Positions 23,896 to 33,439 of a stretch of DNA of 64,000 nucleotides are shown here, one piece after another; the first letter of the stretch is position 1; every line of letters begins with the position of its first letter. The notes beneath the pieces are model-generated. The model worked only from the letters and a program-made list of their open reading frames with translations. It searched no databases and was not told the DNA's origin. The DNA comes from Microbacteriaceae bacterium UBA1487 (GTDB lineage: Bacteria; Actinomycetota; Actinomycetes; Actinomycetales; Microbacteriaceae). The position numbers and the translations under genes were made by a program. The stretch covers positions 8,312 to 72,311 of the forward strand of contig DCRR01000001.1 in NCBI GenBank assembly GCA_002325245.1, in the 5' to 3' direction.

Positions 23896-26016
23896 CTATG
23901 CGACTCCGACCCACAGACCGTGTCGTGCTCGGGTCATCGCCACGTACAGTTCTCGGCGCTGGAACTCCCGCGTCTCGGCGGTTCCGTCGTCGCTGTCGGA
24001 GTCCGCGGGCTGGTCGAGCAGTTCGCCCGGCGCCTGCACGACGACGACCTCCGCGAACTCGAGCCCCTTGGCGCGCTTGATCGTGCCGACGTGGACCGCG
24101 TCGGTGCGCGCATCCGTCTCCTGGAGGTCCTGGGTGCGGATTCCCGCGGCCTCCAGCGCGACGACCGCCTCGCGGCTGCTCCATCGGGTCAGCGAGAGCA
24201 CCGCGATGTCGCTCGCGCGAAGTCCGGTCTCCGAGCCCAGCAGCCCGCGAATGTGGCCGATGAACGAGACGTCGTGATCGGCGCGCGACGGGAACACGCG
24301 GAGGACCGGCGCCGGTCCGCGCCGTGCGAGCTCCGGCAGTTCGAGCGGTGACGTCGTCAGCGCGCCGTCGATGTCGAGGTACTCGTCGCCGTCGATCAGC
24401 TCGTGCGCCGCAGCGAGGATCTCGGATGAATTGCGGTGATTGCTGGTCAGGACGACTCCGCGCCCGGCGGTGCTGACTCCCGCCTCGGCGAGGGTGTACC
24501 CGCCCGGGTAGAGCGTCTGCTGGCCGTCGCCGACGAGGTGGAGGCCGTCCGGCCGGTCGCCCACGAGAGCGTGCAGCATGCGGACCATCGCGCAGGAGAG
24601 GTCCTGGGCCTCGTCGATCAGCACCGCACCGAAGGCCGCGCTGGGCGTTGTGCGCAGCGATTGCTCGGCGTCGAGCACGAGGTCTTCGAAGTCGGCGATG
24701 CCGTGGCGCTGCAGCGCGGCCTCGTAGGCGAGCGCCAGCTGCCAGACCTCGCGGCGCAGGTCGACCCCGAGCGCGCGCCGGCGGCCCGTGCGAGCGAGCG
24801 CCGCGTACTGCTCCCAGGCGCGAAGACCGCGGCCTTTGATCACGTACACGATCTCGTCGCGCCAGTAGACGGGGTTGGCATCCGCACGGGCGAGGGCGCC
24901 GGAGGCGCCCACCTCGGCCCAGGCCTCGTGGAACGCGTCCCGCGCGAGCTTGCCGTCGAGCCGCGGCCGCTGTCCGCGTTCCACCAGAAGCCGATAGGCG
25001 AACGAGTGGACGCTGTGGAACTCGACGCGTTCGGCCACGTCGGGCGCCAGCGCGCGGAACTGCGCGGCGAGCACCTGGGGGAGCGTCTTCACGTACGTGG
25101 TGACGAGCACGCGCTGGCCGGTCGTGCGAGCCAGGTAGGCGGCCCGATGCAGGGTGACGAGCGTCTTGCCGGTGCCGGTCGCTCCGCGGATGCGACTCGG
25201 TCCGGCGAAGCTGCGTCGGATGGCACGCGCCTGCGGCGGCTCCAGAAGGCCCACCCGCGGCGCCGCGGGCGGTGAGGACACCCCGACCAGCAGATCCTCG
25301 AGCACCTGGTTGGGGGGCAGGCGCTGCTCGAGCTGCTGGCCGGGGCTGCTGGGGGAGTCGGCTCCGGGAGCCGACGATGACACGTCGCGCGTGTCGGCCT
25401 GGGGGCTGACGACGGCGATCGGTCCGGTCGTCGGCGGAGGGAAGCGCGCTTCGAGTTCGGTGCGCACGCGCGCGACCTCGTCGGCGCGAAGCGCGCGGGG
25501 GAGTCGCGCGATGGTGCGCAGCGCGAGCGCGTCGCCGCCGAGGATCCGCACCCCGAAGAGCAGGTGGTCCACGTCGCGGGTGTCCGAGCCGACGAGAAGG
25601 CCGTGCACGGAGGTCGCGGGCAGGCCGATCTCGGCCAACTGCTCCTGAAGCGAATAGACCAGGTCGCCGGTGGTGGCGACGTGCTCGGTGACCTCAGTCT
25701 CGCCCTCCCACACCGTCTCGGCGTGGCGCGTCACCCCGCGCCACGGCACGACATCGATGACGACGACGCCGCCCGGGCCGACCAGAATCGCATCCACGCT
25801 GCCGGCGGCTCGCTCGGGCCACCGGCGCTGCGTGAGAAGGGTCCAGCCGAGCGGCTCGAGCTCCAGCAGCGCGGCGATGAGACGTGCGGGGCGCGACACG
25901 GCCGCGTCGAAGGCGCGCGAGATCTGCGCCGCGACGCCGGTGCAGCGCGCGCGCTCGTCGGGGCTGACTGTGCCGCCCCGCGCCGTCTCGACGGCAGATC
26001 GATATCCCGCTGCCAC
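23896..26016 (-). CDS. NERD-domain / UvrD-like SF1 helicase fusion protein
   Basis: NERD-like VDAILVGPGGVVVIDVVPWRG, Walker A GATGTGKT, Walker B VLIDEAQD, and C-terminal GTIKRAKGLEF and YVAMTRARHGLWV. GTG 26016 is preceded by GAGGGGGAG; the track ORF runs to 26154. Confidence 0.8.
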   Translation of the reverse strand: MAAGYRSAVETARGGTVSPDERARCTGVAAQISRAFDAAVSRPARLIAALLELEPLGWTLLTQRRWPERAAGSVDAILVGPGGVVVIDVVPWRGVTRHAETVWEGETEVTEHVATTGDLVYSLQEQLAEIGLPATSVHGLLVGSDTRDVDHLLFGVRILGGDALALRTIARLPRALRADEVARVRTELEARFPPPTTGPIAVVSPQADTRDVSSSAPGADSPSSPGQQLEQRLPPNQVLEDLLVGVSSPPAAPRVGLLEPPQARAIRRSFAGPSRIRGATGTGKTLVTLHRAAYLARTTGQRVLVTTYVKTLPQVLAAQFRALAPDVAERVEFHSVHSFAYRLLVERGQRPRLDGKLARDAFHEAWAEVGASGALARADANPVYWRDEIVYVIKGRGLRAWEQYAALARTGRRRALGVDLRREVWQLALAYEAALQRHGIADFEDLVLDAEQSLRTTPSAAFGAVLIDEAQDLSCAMVRMLHALVGDRPDGLHLVGDGQQTLYPGGYTLAEAGVSTAGRGVVLTSNHRNSSEILAAAHELIDGDEYLDIDGALTTSPLELPELARRGPAPVLRVFPSRADHDVSFIGHIRGLLGSETGLRASDIAVLSLTRWSSREAVVALEAAGIRTQDLQETDARTDAVHVGTIKRAKGLEFAEVVVVQAPGELLDQPADSDSDDGTAETREFQRRELYVAMTRARHGLWVGVA

Positions 26017-26189
26017 GGTGCTCCCCCTCGTGTGCGGATGCGGGAGCCCCCCCGGCTTGCATCCGTGTCCCCAGCATGACGCGACCTGTCTACCCCCGCA
26101 ATCCGCGCGTTCGGGGGGCAACCCGTTCTCTCGGCTCGCGTCCAGCCGCTCCACGACACGCGCATAGCCGCGAACGGCTGAATGTCCTC

Positions 26190-26783
26190 ATGAGCACGAA
26201 CGACACTCGCCCCGACCAGTCCGAATCCTCCCGGACCGGAGGGCCGAGTCCCGCGGACCTCCGGTTCCACCGCGGCGTCCTTCGTCAGCTCATCGGCGCG
26301 ATTGCGACCTTGGCTCTGATCGGCGGGCTCTCCGCCGGTGGGGTCGCCGCTGCCGCAACCGCGTCGACGACATCCAGCACGGTGCAGGAGCGGGATGTCG
26401 TCGACGCGGAGCTCACGAGCACCCTCGAAGACGTGCTCGCGGAGCTCGACGCCGAGCAGCTCACGCGGCTCACCGATGCGGCCACCGGGATCCGCCTCGG
26501 CGATCTCGGGGCCAGTGAGCGCATGCAGATCCTGTCGCTGTTTCGGGCGGTGCTGAGCGCCGATGCGTACTCGCACCTGCTCGCCATGATGAATGCCGAC
26601 GACGCGCTCGACGCGGCCGCGGGTGGCGGCACCGTCTGGAGCTCCGACGAGTACACGGTGACGGTGCTCTTCGACGACGCCTCGGGCAGCGTGTTCCTCC
26701 AGCTGTCCGGAACGCAGCTCGCGATCTCGGTCGTCGTCGCGGAGGACGCCATCTTCGTCGAGCCGGAGGTGCTCGACGCCTGA
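26190..26783 (+). CDS. hypothetical membrane-anchored/secreted protein
   Basis: ATG 26190. N-terminal TM/signal-anchor LIGAIATLALIGGLSAGGVAAAA, then an acidic Ala/Leu/Asp-rich domain. No family recognised. Confidence 0.5.
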   Translation: MSTNDTRPDQSESSRTGGPSPADLRFHRGVLRQLIGAIATLALIGGLSAGGVAAAATASTTSSTVQERDVVDAELTSTLEDVLAELDAEQLTRLTDAATGIRLGDLGASERMQILSLFRAVLSADAYSHLLAMMNADDALDAAAGGGTVWSSDEYTVTVLFDDASGSVFLQLSGTQLAISVVVAEDAIFVEPEVLDA

Positions 26784-26820
26784 TTCAGGCAACTTCTGCC
26801 CCGCGCCCTAGGCTGTGCGC

Positions 26821-27315
26821 ATGGCCGCACGCATCGAGAAGATCGATCTCCCCGGGATCGGCACCCGCCACGACCTCGTGACGGAGTCGGGAAGTCGGAT
26901 CGGGGTCGTCTCGCAGCGCTCGGGAGAGCGCCAGCTCGCCATCTTCGATGGCGCCGACCCGGATGCCGCCCTCGGCACGGTGGACCTCACGGAGGCGGAG
27001 GCGGTCGGCCTCGCCGACATCCTGGGCGCCTCCGTCATGCTCGGCCAGTTGGCCGCGATCTCCACGCAGGTCGCCGGGCTGTTCACGGAGCAGCTGCTGC
27101 TTCCGCCCACCTCGCCGTTCGCGGGCGGCGTGCTCGGTGACACGCAGGCGCGCACCCGCACCAAGACCTCCATCGTCGCGATCATCCGAGGCTCCGACAT
27201 CATCGCCTCGCCGACGCCGGACACGCCGCTCAAGGGAGGCGACACGATCATCGCCGTCGGCACCCGGGCCGGACTGGAATCCCTGGCGCGACTGCTCGAC
27301 CGCGGCGCAGAGTAA
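26821..27315 (+). CDS. cation:proton antiporter regulatory subunit (KhtT/YhaT-like, TrkA-C domain)
   Basis: IEKIDLPGIGTRHDLVTESGSRIGVV N-domain plus C-terminal TrkA-C (GDTQARTRTKTSIVAIIRG...LKGGDTIIAVG). Leaderless start (TAGGCT, 6 nt, ATG). Confidence 0.8.
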   Translation: MAARIEKIDLPGIGTRHDLVTESGSRIGVVSQRSGERQLAIFDGADPDAALGTVDLTEAEAVGLADILGASVMLGQLAAISTQVAGLFTEQLLLPPTSPFAGGVLGDTQARTRTKTSIVAIIRGSDIIASPTPDTPLKGGDTIIAVGTRAGLESLARLLDRGAE

Positions 27316-27324
27316 GGCCCCACC

Positions 27325-28521
27325 GTGCACGAGTCGACCCTGCTCTTGATCGAAATCGGGGCGCTCCTGCTCGGTTTGAGTGTGCTGGCGCGCGTCGCCA
27401 ACCGCTTCGGCTTCTCGGCCATCCCGCTCTATCTGATCGTCGGGCTGCTGCTCGGCGATGGCGGAGTGCTGCCGATCCACGCCGGCGAGGACTTCCTCGA
27501 GATCGGCAGCGAGCTTGGAGTCATCCTGCTGCTGCTCATGCTGGGACTCGAGTACACGGCGCCCGAGCTCGTCGCGAGCCTCAAGCAGGCGCGCACCGCG
27601 GGCCTGCTCGACCTCGTGATGAACGCGGCGCCGGGAGCAATCCTGGCGTTCGCGCTCGGCTGGGGGCCGCTCGCGGCGCTCGCGCTCGCCGGCGCGACCT
27701 GGATCTCATCGTCCGGAGTGATCGCGAAGGTGCTGCGCGATCTGCGTCGGCTGAGCAACCGAGAGACGCCGGTCATCCTCTCGGTGCTGGTGATCGAGGA
27801 CCTCGCGATGGCGTTCTACCTTCCCGTGCTGTCGGCGCTGGTGATCGGCGCGGGCGTGCTGGCCGGGGCGACGGCGCTCGTGATCGCGGTCGTGGTCGTG
27901 CTCGTGATCCTGTTCGCGGCGCTCCGGCACGGACGCAAGATCTCGGCGGCGTTCTCGTCAACCCACTCGGAGTCGCTGCTGCTGGGGGTGCTCGGGCTGA
28001 CGATGCTCGTCGCGGGGCTCGCCCAGCAGGTCAACGTCTCGGCGGCGGTCGGGGCGTTCCTCGTCGGCATCGCCATCTCCGGCCAGGTGGCCGAGCGTGC
28101 CGAGGAGCTGCTCGCGCCGCTGCGCGACCTGTTCGCGGCGATCTTCTTCGTCTTCTTCGGTCTCTCGACTGATGCCGCCTCGATCCTCCCTCTCCTGCCG
28201 ATCGCGGCCCTGCTGGCGCTGGTGACCATGGGCACCAAGGTGTTCAGCGGCTACCGCGGCGCGGCGATGGCGGGCATCGGAAAGCTCGGACGCTGGCGCA
28301 CCGGTTTCGCGCTCGTGCCGCGCGGCGAGTTCTCGATCGTGATCGCGAGCCTGGCCGTCAGCGCGGGCATCGAGCCGCAGCTCGCGCCGCTTGTCGCCGC
28401 GTACGTCCTGATCACTGTCGTCGCCGGTCCGCTGCTCGCGCGCGTGCCGGATGCGGGCTGGTTCCGTCGCTGGGTCGCGCCGCCGCCGCCGGCTGTCGTC
28501 GCCTTCGAGTCGCGCGGCTAG
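27325..28521 (+). CDS. CPA2-family cation:proton antiporter (KhtU/YhaU-like)
   Basis: 12-13 TM Na_H_Exchanger pattern (IPLYLIVGLLLG...LLLLMLGLEYT...VPRGEFSIVIA). Lies directly downstream of the KhtT-like gene. Confidence 0.85.
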   Translation: MHESTLLLIEIGALLLGLSVLARVANRFGFSAIPLYLIVGLLLGDGGVLPIHAGEDFLEIGSELGVILLLLMLGLEYTAPELVASLKQARTAGLLDLVMNAAPGAILAFALGWGPLAALALAGATWISSSGVIAKVLRDLRRLSNRETPVILSVLVIEDLAMAFYLPVLSALVIGAGVLAGATALVIAVVVVLVILFAALRHGRKISAAFSSTHSESLLLGVLGLTMLVAGLAQQVNVSAAVGAFLVGIAISGQVAERAEELLAPLRDLFAAIFFVFFGLSTDAASILPLLPIAALLALVTMGTKVFSGYRGAAMAGIGKLGRWRTGFALVPRGEFSIVIASLAVSAGIEPQLAPLVAAYVLITVVAGPLLARVPDAGWFRRWVAPPPPAVVAFESRG

Positions 28522-28551
28522 GGACGTGCCCGAATTCGCTAGGCTGTGCCC

Positions 28552-28755
28552 ATGAAGGTCTTCTGGTTCGTGGTCTCTTTTGCGCTGTTCGTCGGCTCGT
28601 TCGCCCTGTTCGGCTACGCATTCCTGGGTCAGGAGATCTTCGCGTCGCTGGGCGCCCCGGGCTTCCCGTTCGAGGCCACGCTGTTCATCCTCGGCATCAT
28701 CGTGTCGTCGATCGCGTTCGCGATCCCGTTCCACCTGCTCGAGAAGTTCGACTGA
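28552..28755 (+). CDS. small hypothetical 2-TM membrane protein (67 aa)
   Basis: MKVFWFVVSFALFVGSFALFGYAF...LFILGIIVSSIAFAIPF. Leaderless-type start (TAGGCT, 6 nt, ATG). Confidence 0.5.
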   Translation: MKVFWFVVSFALFVGSFALFGYAFLGQEIFASLGAPGFPFEATLFILGIIVSSIAFAIPFHLLEKFD

Positions 28756-28767
28756 CCCCCGCGCCGC

Positions 28768-29262
28768 TCAGGCGGCGTCGTCGAGCACGCGCGTCGTGAA
28801 GGCGTGCAGTCGCGCCTTCAGCGTGGCGGAGCGACGCGCGATCAGCGCCTCGGGCTCGGGCTGGAGCTCGTAGGGCGGCGGCGCGATCCGAATCAGGATC
28901 GAACACGCCAGGTCGGCGCAGATGTAGGTGCCGACGGTGTTTCCCGCGCGACCGGCATCTCCGGCGCGCGCGGCCGAGAACATCGTGACCTGGCCCGAGG
29001 GCTGGGCCGTCGCGCAGAGCGAGCACATCGCCGATCCGACGCGGCCATGGTTCTCCGCGGCGCGCAGCACGAGCCCGACCGGCTCGTCGTCGCGCCAGAC
29101 CACGAGATACCCGCGCTGCGGCGCGCTGTGGTCGCGCCAGCCGAGATACTCGCGGTCGTCCCAGACGACCTCGTGCAGCCCCGGCATCGGAACACGGTCG
29201 ATCTCGCCTCGCGTGGCATTGACGAACGAGGCGCGGATCTCGGATGCGGTCAACGGCTTCAT
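28768..29262 (-). CDS. FBP domain-containing protein (treble-clef Zn-finger C-terminal domain)
   Basis: About 164 aa with CSLC...x...ICADLAC cysteine pairs and the N-terminal LTASEIRASFVN pattern typical of actinobacterial FBP_C proteins. Family assignment is from memory. Confidence 0.7.
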   Translation of the reverse strand: MKPLTASEIRASFVNATRGEIDRVPMPGLHEVVWDDREYLGWRDHSAPQRGYLVVWRDDEPVGLVLRAAENHGRVGSAMCSLCATAQPSGQVTMFSAARAGDAGRAGNTVGTYICADLACSILIRIAPPPYELQPEPEALIARRSATLKARLHAFTTRVLDDAA

Positions 29263-29405
29263 GTGCTCTCCACCCTAGGCGGCTCCTCGCGAGCGCGCGG
29301 TGTCGCGGGGTCAGCCGCCACCCAGTTGGCGCAGGGAGGATATGCATCGCTCCGCGATCGTGGCATCGTGAGCGCTGTACGCATCGATTCGGAAGGATCT
29401 GACCC

Positions 29406-29798
29406 ATGCTGACCACCACCGGCGCCTTCTCCAGCTTCTCGGTCGACGACCTCGATGAGGCGCTCCGGTTCTATCGCGATCGGCTCGGGCTCACGATCGT
29501 CGCCACCCCGATGGGGCTCGAATTGACGCTCGCCGGTGGGGGATCCGTCTTCATCTACGACAAGGGCGAGCGGCACGCCGCCGCGGGGTTCACGGTGCTG
29601 AACCTCGTGGTCGCGGACATGGACTCTGCCGTCGCCGAGCTCGCCGCCGCCGGAATCGAACTGCTGCGCTATCCGGACTTCCCCGGGCAAGGCGAGGACG
29701 GCGTCGCTCGCTCGGACTCGCCCGACGACGGTCCGACAATCGCCTGGATCTCCGATCCCGCGGGCAACGTCGTCGGGATCATCGAGGAGCGCGCGTGA
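29406..29798 (+). CDS. VOC (glyoxalase/bleomycin-resistance) family protein
   Basis: 130 aa. FSVDDLDEALRFYRDRLGL...ISDPAGNVVGIIE shows the paired beta-alpha-beta-beta-beta pattern. GAAGGA SD. Confidence 0.8.
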   Translation: MLTTTGAFSSFSVDDLDEALRFYRDRLGLTIVATPMGLELTLAGGGSVFIYDKGERHAAAGFTVLNLVVADMDSAVAELAAAGIELLRYPDFPGQGEDGVARSDSPDDGPTIAWISDPAGNVVGIIEERA

Positions 29799-31231
29799 CC
29801 GAAGGCCGGGGGGCGGAGCGTTCGCGTCGCGGGCGGCGCTCGTCGCGCGCGCCGATCCGCGCGATGCGCCCGTTTCTCGAGTCCCGCTACCGGATCCTCG
29901 CCGTGGCGCTGGTCCTGTCTCTCGCCGGGACGGGCGTGTGGCTCGTCGCGTCGGTGTTCCAGATTCGCGAACTGGGCGGCGGCCCCGTCGACCTGTCCTA
30001 TGTCGCGACGGCGAACGCGGTCGGCCTGCTGCTCGCCGTCCTGTTCGGCGGCGCGGTCGCCGATCTGATCCCGCAGCAGCGCATCCTGCTGACGATCGAA
30101 CTCACGAAGTCTCTCGTGGCGGGCGCGATCGCGGCGCTGGCGCTGACCGGCACGCTGCAGATCTGGCACCTGGCGGTGGTCGGGTTCGTGCTCGGCGTCG
30201 CGGACGGCTTCTTCTATCCGGCGTACTCGGCGCTGCTTCCCGCGATCCTTCCCGCCGATGATCTTCTCGCGGCGAACGGCGTCGAGGGCACGCTGCGGCC
30301 CACGATCATGCAGGCGGCGGGTCCGGCGCTGGCCGGTGCCGTGATCGCGGCGGCATCGCCCGCGCTCGCCTTCGTCGTGGTCGCGGCAGCGCAGTTCGCG
30401 GGCGCCCTCGTGCTGACGCGCCTGAGGCCGACGCCGCTGCGGCGCTCCGAACCGGAACCCGGCGACGAGGTGGCCCTGGCTGCCGACGCCCCCGCACCTC
30501 CGTCCGCGCGCAGCGCCGTGGGGAGCCTGCTGAGAGACATCGCCGAGGGCTTCCGCTACATGGTGCGCACCCCGTGGCTGCTGGCCACCCTCGTCTTCGC
30601 CTCGCTGCTCGTGCTCGTCATCATGGGGCCGATCGAGGTGCTGCTGCCGTTCGCCGTCACCGACCAGACCGGGGGCGGGGCCGGTGCCTTCGCGCTCGTG
30701 CTCGCCGCCTTCGGCATCGGCAGCGCGATCGCCTCGCTCGTCGTCGCCTCGCTGCCGCTGCCGCGGCGCTATCTGACGGTGATGAACCTCGCGTGGGGGC
30801 TGAGCTGTCTGCCGCTCGTCGTGGTCGGGTTCACCGACCAGCTCTGGCTCATCGTGATCGCGGTGTTCATCGTCGGCGCCGGGTTCTCGGTCGGCCAGGT
30901 CATCTGGGGCACGCTGCTGCAGCGCCGCGTCCCGCCGGAGCTGCTGGGACGGATCTCGAGCCTCGACTTCTTCGTGTCGCTGCTGTTCATGCCGGTGTCG
31001 ATGGCGATCGCGGGACCGATCGGCGAGTGGATCGGCTTCGGCCCCGCCTTCCTGATCGCGGGGCTCGTGCCGGCCGTGCTCGCCGTGCTCGTGATCGTGC
31101 TCGCGAGGCTGCCGCAGGACGAGCTGCGCCACCCCCTGGACGTGGCGGGCGATGCGCGCGACGGGGGCATGACCGGGCTCGGGGCCAGCGAGCTGCTCTC
31201 GCGCGAACCCGGTGCGCCGAGCGCGAGCTGA
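29795..31231 (+). CDS. MFS transporter (EntS/MFS_3-like)
   Basis: 12 predicted TM helices, with the basic N-terminal FLESRYRILAVALVLSLAGTGVW typical of the DUF894/EntS-type MFS. GTGA overlap with the VOC stop. Confidence 0.85.
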   Translation: MTEGRGAERSRRGRRSSRAPIRAMRPFLESRYRILAVALVLSLAGTGVWLVASVFQIRELGGGPVDLSYVATANAVGLLLAVLFGGAVADLIPQQRILLTIELTKSLVAGAIAALALTGTLQIWHLAVVGFVLGVADGFFYPAYSALLPAILPADDLLAANGVEGTLRPTIMQAAGPALAGAVIAAASPALAFVVVAAAQFAGALVLTRLRPTPLRRSEPEPGDEVALAADAPAPPSARSAVGSLLRDIAEGFRYMVRTPWLLATLVFASLLVLVIMGPIEVLLPFAVTDQTGGGAGAFALVLAAFGIGSAIASLVVASLPLPRRYLTVMNLAWGLSCLPLVVVGFTDQLWLIVIAVFIVGAGFSVGQVIWGTLLQRRVPPELLGRISSLDFFVSLLFMPVSMAIAGPIGEWIGFGPAFLIAGLVPAVLAVLVIVLARLPQDELRHPLDVAGDARDGGMTGLGASELLSREPGAPSAS

Positions 31232-31259
31232 GCCGACGAGACTCGGGTTGAATGGGAGG

Positions 31260-32789
31260 ATGCACGCGCACCTCCTCGCCGCTCTGCGGGCCGACCTCTC
31301 GACGGCATCCTTTCGTGTCGACACGCTGCGGGAGCTCTGGGGTCCGATGGCGGATGCGGCGCTCGGACGCGGCGACCGAGTTCCGGCCGCCCGTGCGCTG
31401 GAGTCGCGGGACGAACCGGCGGCGATTCTCGCGCGGTTGTTCGTGCTCGGGCTCGAGGTCGACGCCTCCGAGGTCGCCGCGGCGCTGCCGACGCTCGGTG
31501 TTGCGGGAGCCGTCGACGCGGAGCTGCTGGAGCAGCACGGCGGGCTCTGCGTCGCGACTCTCGACCTGCGCCCCTACGACGTCATCGACGCGCGCGGGGC
31601 CGCGTGGTGGTGGCTCGCGAGCGACCTCGGTGAGATGGCGACCGGGGGCGCGCTCCGGCCCGACCACGTGCTGGGCGTCGGCGGCGCCTCATCGACCCTC
31701 GCCGGGCTGCAGCTGCCGGGCCGCGTCGGCCGTGCCCTCGATCTGGGAACAGGCAGCGGCATCCAGGCGCTCCATCTGGCGCGCGAGGCCGAGGAGGTCG
31801 TCGCTACCGACATCTCGACGCGAGCCCTCGACTTCGCCGCCATGACGGCCGGGCTGAACGAGGTGTCGCTCGATCTGCGACTCGGCAGCCTGTTCGAGCC
31901 GGTCGCGGGGGAGCGGTTCGATCGGATCGTCTCGAACCCGCCGTTCGTCATCACTCCGCGTCGGCCGGGTGTGCCCGAGTACGAGTACCGCGACGGCGGA
32001 CGGGTCGGCGACGCGCTGCTCTCGGAGGTGGTGGCGGGGCTTGCGGAGCACCTTGCCCCCGGAGGAGTCGCGCAGCTGCTCGGCAACTGGGAGTACGGCG
32101 CTCGCGACGGGCTCGAGCGAGCGGTGGAGTGGGCCGAGGAGGCCGGACTCGAGTACTGGCTCATCGAACGCGAGACGCAGGATCCGGCCGCCTACGCCGA
32201 GACCTGGATCCGTGACGGCGGCACGCGACCGGGACATCCTGACTACGAGCCCCTGGTGGATGCCTGGCTGGACGATTTCGAGGCGCGGGGCGTGCGCGCG
32301 ATCGGCTTCGGCTATCTGCTGCTGCGCGCGCCGGGCCGCACGGCCTCCGCTCCGCTCGCTGCGCTGGCGCGCGCCGAGCGGCTCGACGCGGCGCTGGGGG
32401 ATGCGGCGGCGGGTCTCGGGGGGCACCTCTCCGAGGCGCTCGCCGCCCATGACGCGATCGCCGCGCTCGACGACGACGGGCTCGCCGCGCTCCACCTGGA
32501 GGTGGCGCCCGATGTGACGGAGGAGCGCCACTACTGGCCGGGCGATGAGCACCCGACGGTGATGACGCTGCGGCAGGGCGGCGGCTTTCGACGCGAGTTC
32601 CGCGTCGGCACGGCGCTCGCCGCGGTCGTCGGCGCCTGCGACGGGGAACTGTCGCTCGGCAGCATCCTTGTCGCCGTCGCGGCGCTTCTCGACGTCGACG
32701 ACGGCGCCCTGCGGGCGGAGATCCTGCCGGAGGTGCGGGAGCTGTGCCTCGGCGGGCTGCTTCGGATTCACGCCGGGGCCGCCTCGTAA
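31260..32789 (+). CDS. class I SAM-dependent methyltransferase (HemK/N5-glutamine-MTase-like core with N- and C-terminal extensions)
   Basis: Motif I ALDLGTGSGIQALHLA, ATDIS and the catalytic NPPF tetrapeptide (IVSNPPFVITP). GGGAGG SD before ATG 31260. Confidence 0.8.
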   Translation: MHAHLLAALRADLSTASFRVDTLRELWGPMADAALGRGDRVPAARALESRDEPAAILARLFVLGLEVDASEVAAALPTLGVAGAVDAELLEQHGGLCVATLDLRPYDVIDARGAAWWWLASDLGEMATGGALRPDHVLGVGGASSTLAGLQLPGRVGRALDLGTGSGIQALHLAREAEEVVATDISTRALDFAAMTAGLNEVSLDLRLGSLFEPVAGERFDRIVSNPPFVITPRRPGVPEYEYRDGGRVGDALLSEVVAGLAEHLAPGGVAQLLGNWEYGARDGLERAVEWAEEAGLEYWLIERETQDPAAYAETWIRDGGTRPGHPDYEPLVDAWLDDFEARGVRAIGFGYLLLRAPGRTASAPLAALARAERLDAALGDAAAGLGGHLSEALAAHDAIAALDDDGLAALHLEVAPDVTEERHYWPGDEHPTVMTLRQGGGFRREFRVGTALAAVVGACDGELSLGSILVAVAALLDVDDGALRAEILPEVRELCLGGLLRIHAGAAS

Positions 32790-32869
32790 CCACACCGTTA
32801 TCGTGCATACAGCGTCGTTTCAGCGGGCGCCCAGACGGGGTTCGTAGCCTTGTCCCCGAAAGGACGGAC

Positions 32870-33433
32870 ATGGGACTCTTCGAACGGCTGTTCGGCGGCG
32901 TTGAGCAGTCGGCGGGGTCTGCGTCACCCTCGCGTCGATCGTCGTCAACGGCGGATGAGCGGGCCATTGAGCGCTACCGCTACCTGATCCGCACCGCGCC
33001 CCCCGAGACGATCGAGCAGGTGCATGTCGAGGCCTTCGGCAAGCTGAGCGATGAGCAGCGGGCCGTCATCTACGAAGAGCTCAGCCGCGGCGCCGGAACC
33101 GGCGAACGACCGCTCTCCAGCGAGCCCGCGACTCTGGCGCGCGCCGCAACGCGCGCCGAGATGCGATCGCCGGGCTCGCTCGAGAGCTCGCTGACCGCGT
33201 CGCAGTCGGCGCCCAGTTTCGGCTCGATGGTGGCGAGCACGCTGCTCGGCACCGTGGCCGGCTACGTGATCGGTTCGGCGCTCGTGAGCGCCTTCTTGCC
33301 GTGGGATGCCGCATACGACGCGCAGGACGCGAGCGGCGACGAGGGCGCCGGAGCGAGCGCTGGCGAGGTCGGCTTCGACGACGGCTCGTTCGACAGCGCG
33401 TTCGGTGCCGACCTCGGAGGCTTCGACTTCTAG
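32870..33433 (+). CDS. hypothetical protein with one TM segment and an acidic Gly/Asp/Phe-rich tail
   Basis: ATG 32870 with AAAGGACGG SD. MGLFERLFGG..., a central TM helix (MVASTLLGTVAGYVIGSALVSAFL), C-terminal GFDDGSFDSAFGADLGGFDF. Confidence 0.5.
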   Translation: MGLFERLFGGVEQSAGSASPSRRSSSTADERAIERYRYLIRTAPPETIEQVHVEAFGKLSDEQRAVIYEELSRGAGTGERPLSSEPATLARAATRAEMRSPGSLESSLTASQSAPSFGSMVASTLLGTVAGYVIGSALVSAFLPWDAAYDAQDASGDEGAGASAGEVGFDDGSFDSAFGADLGGFDF

Positions 33434-33439
33434 GTTGGG

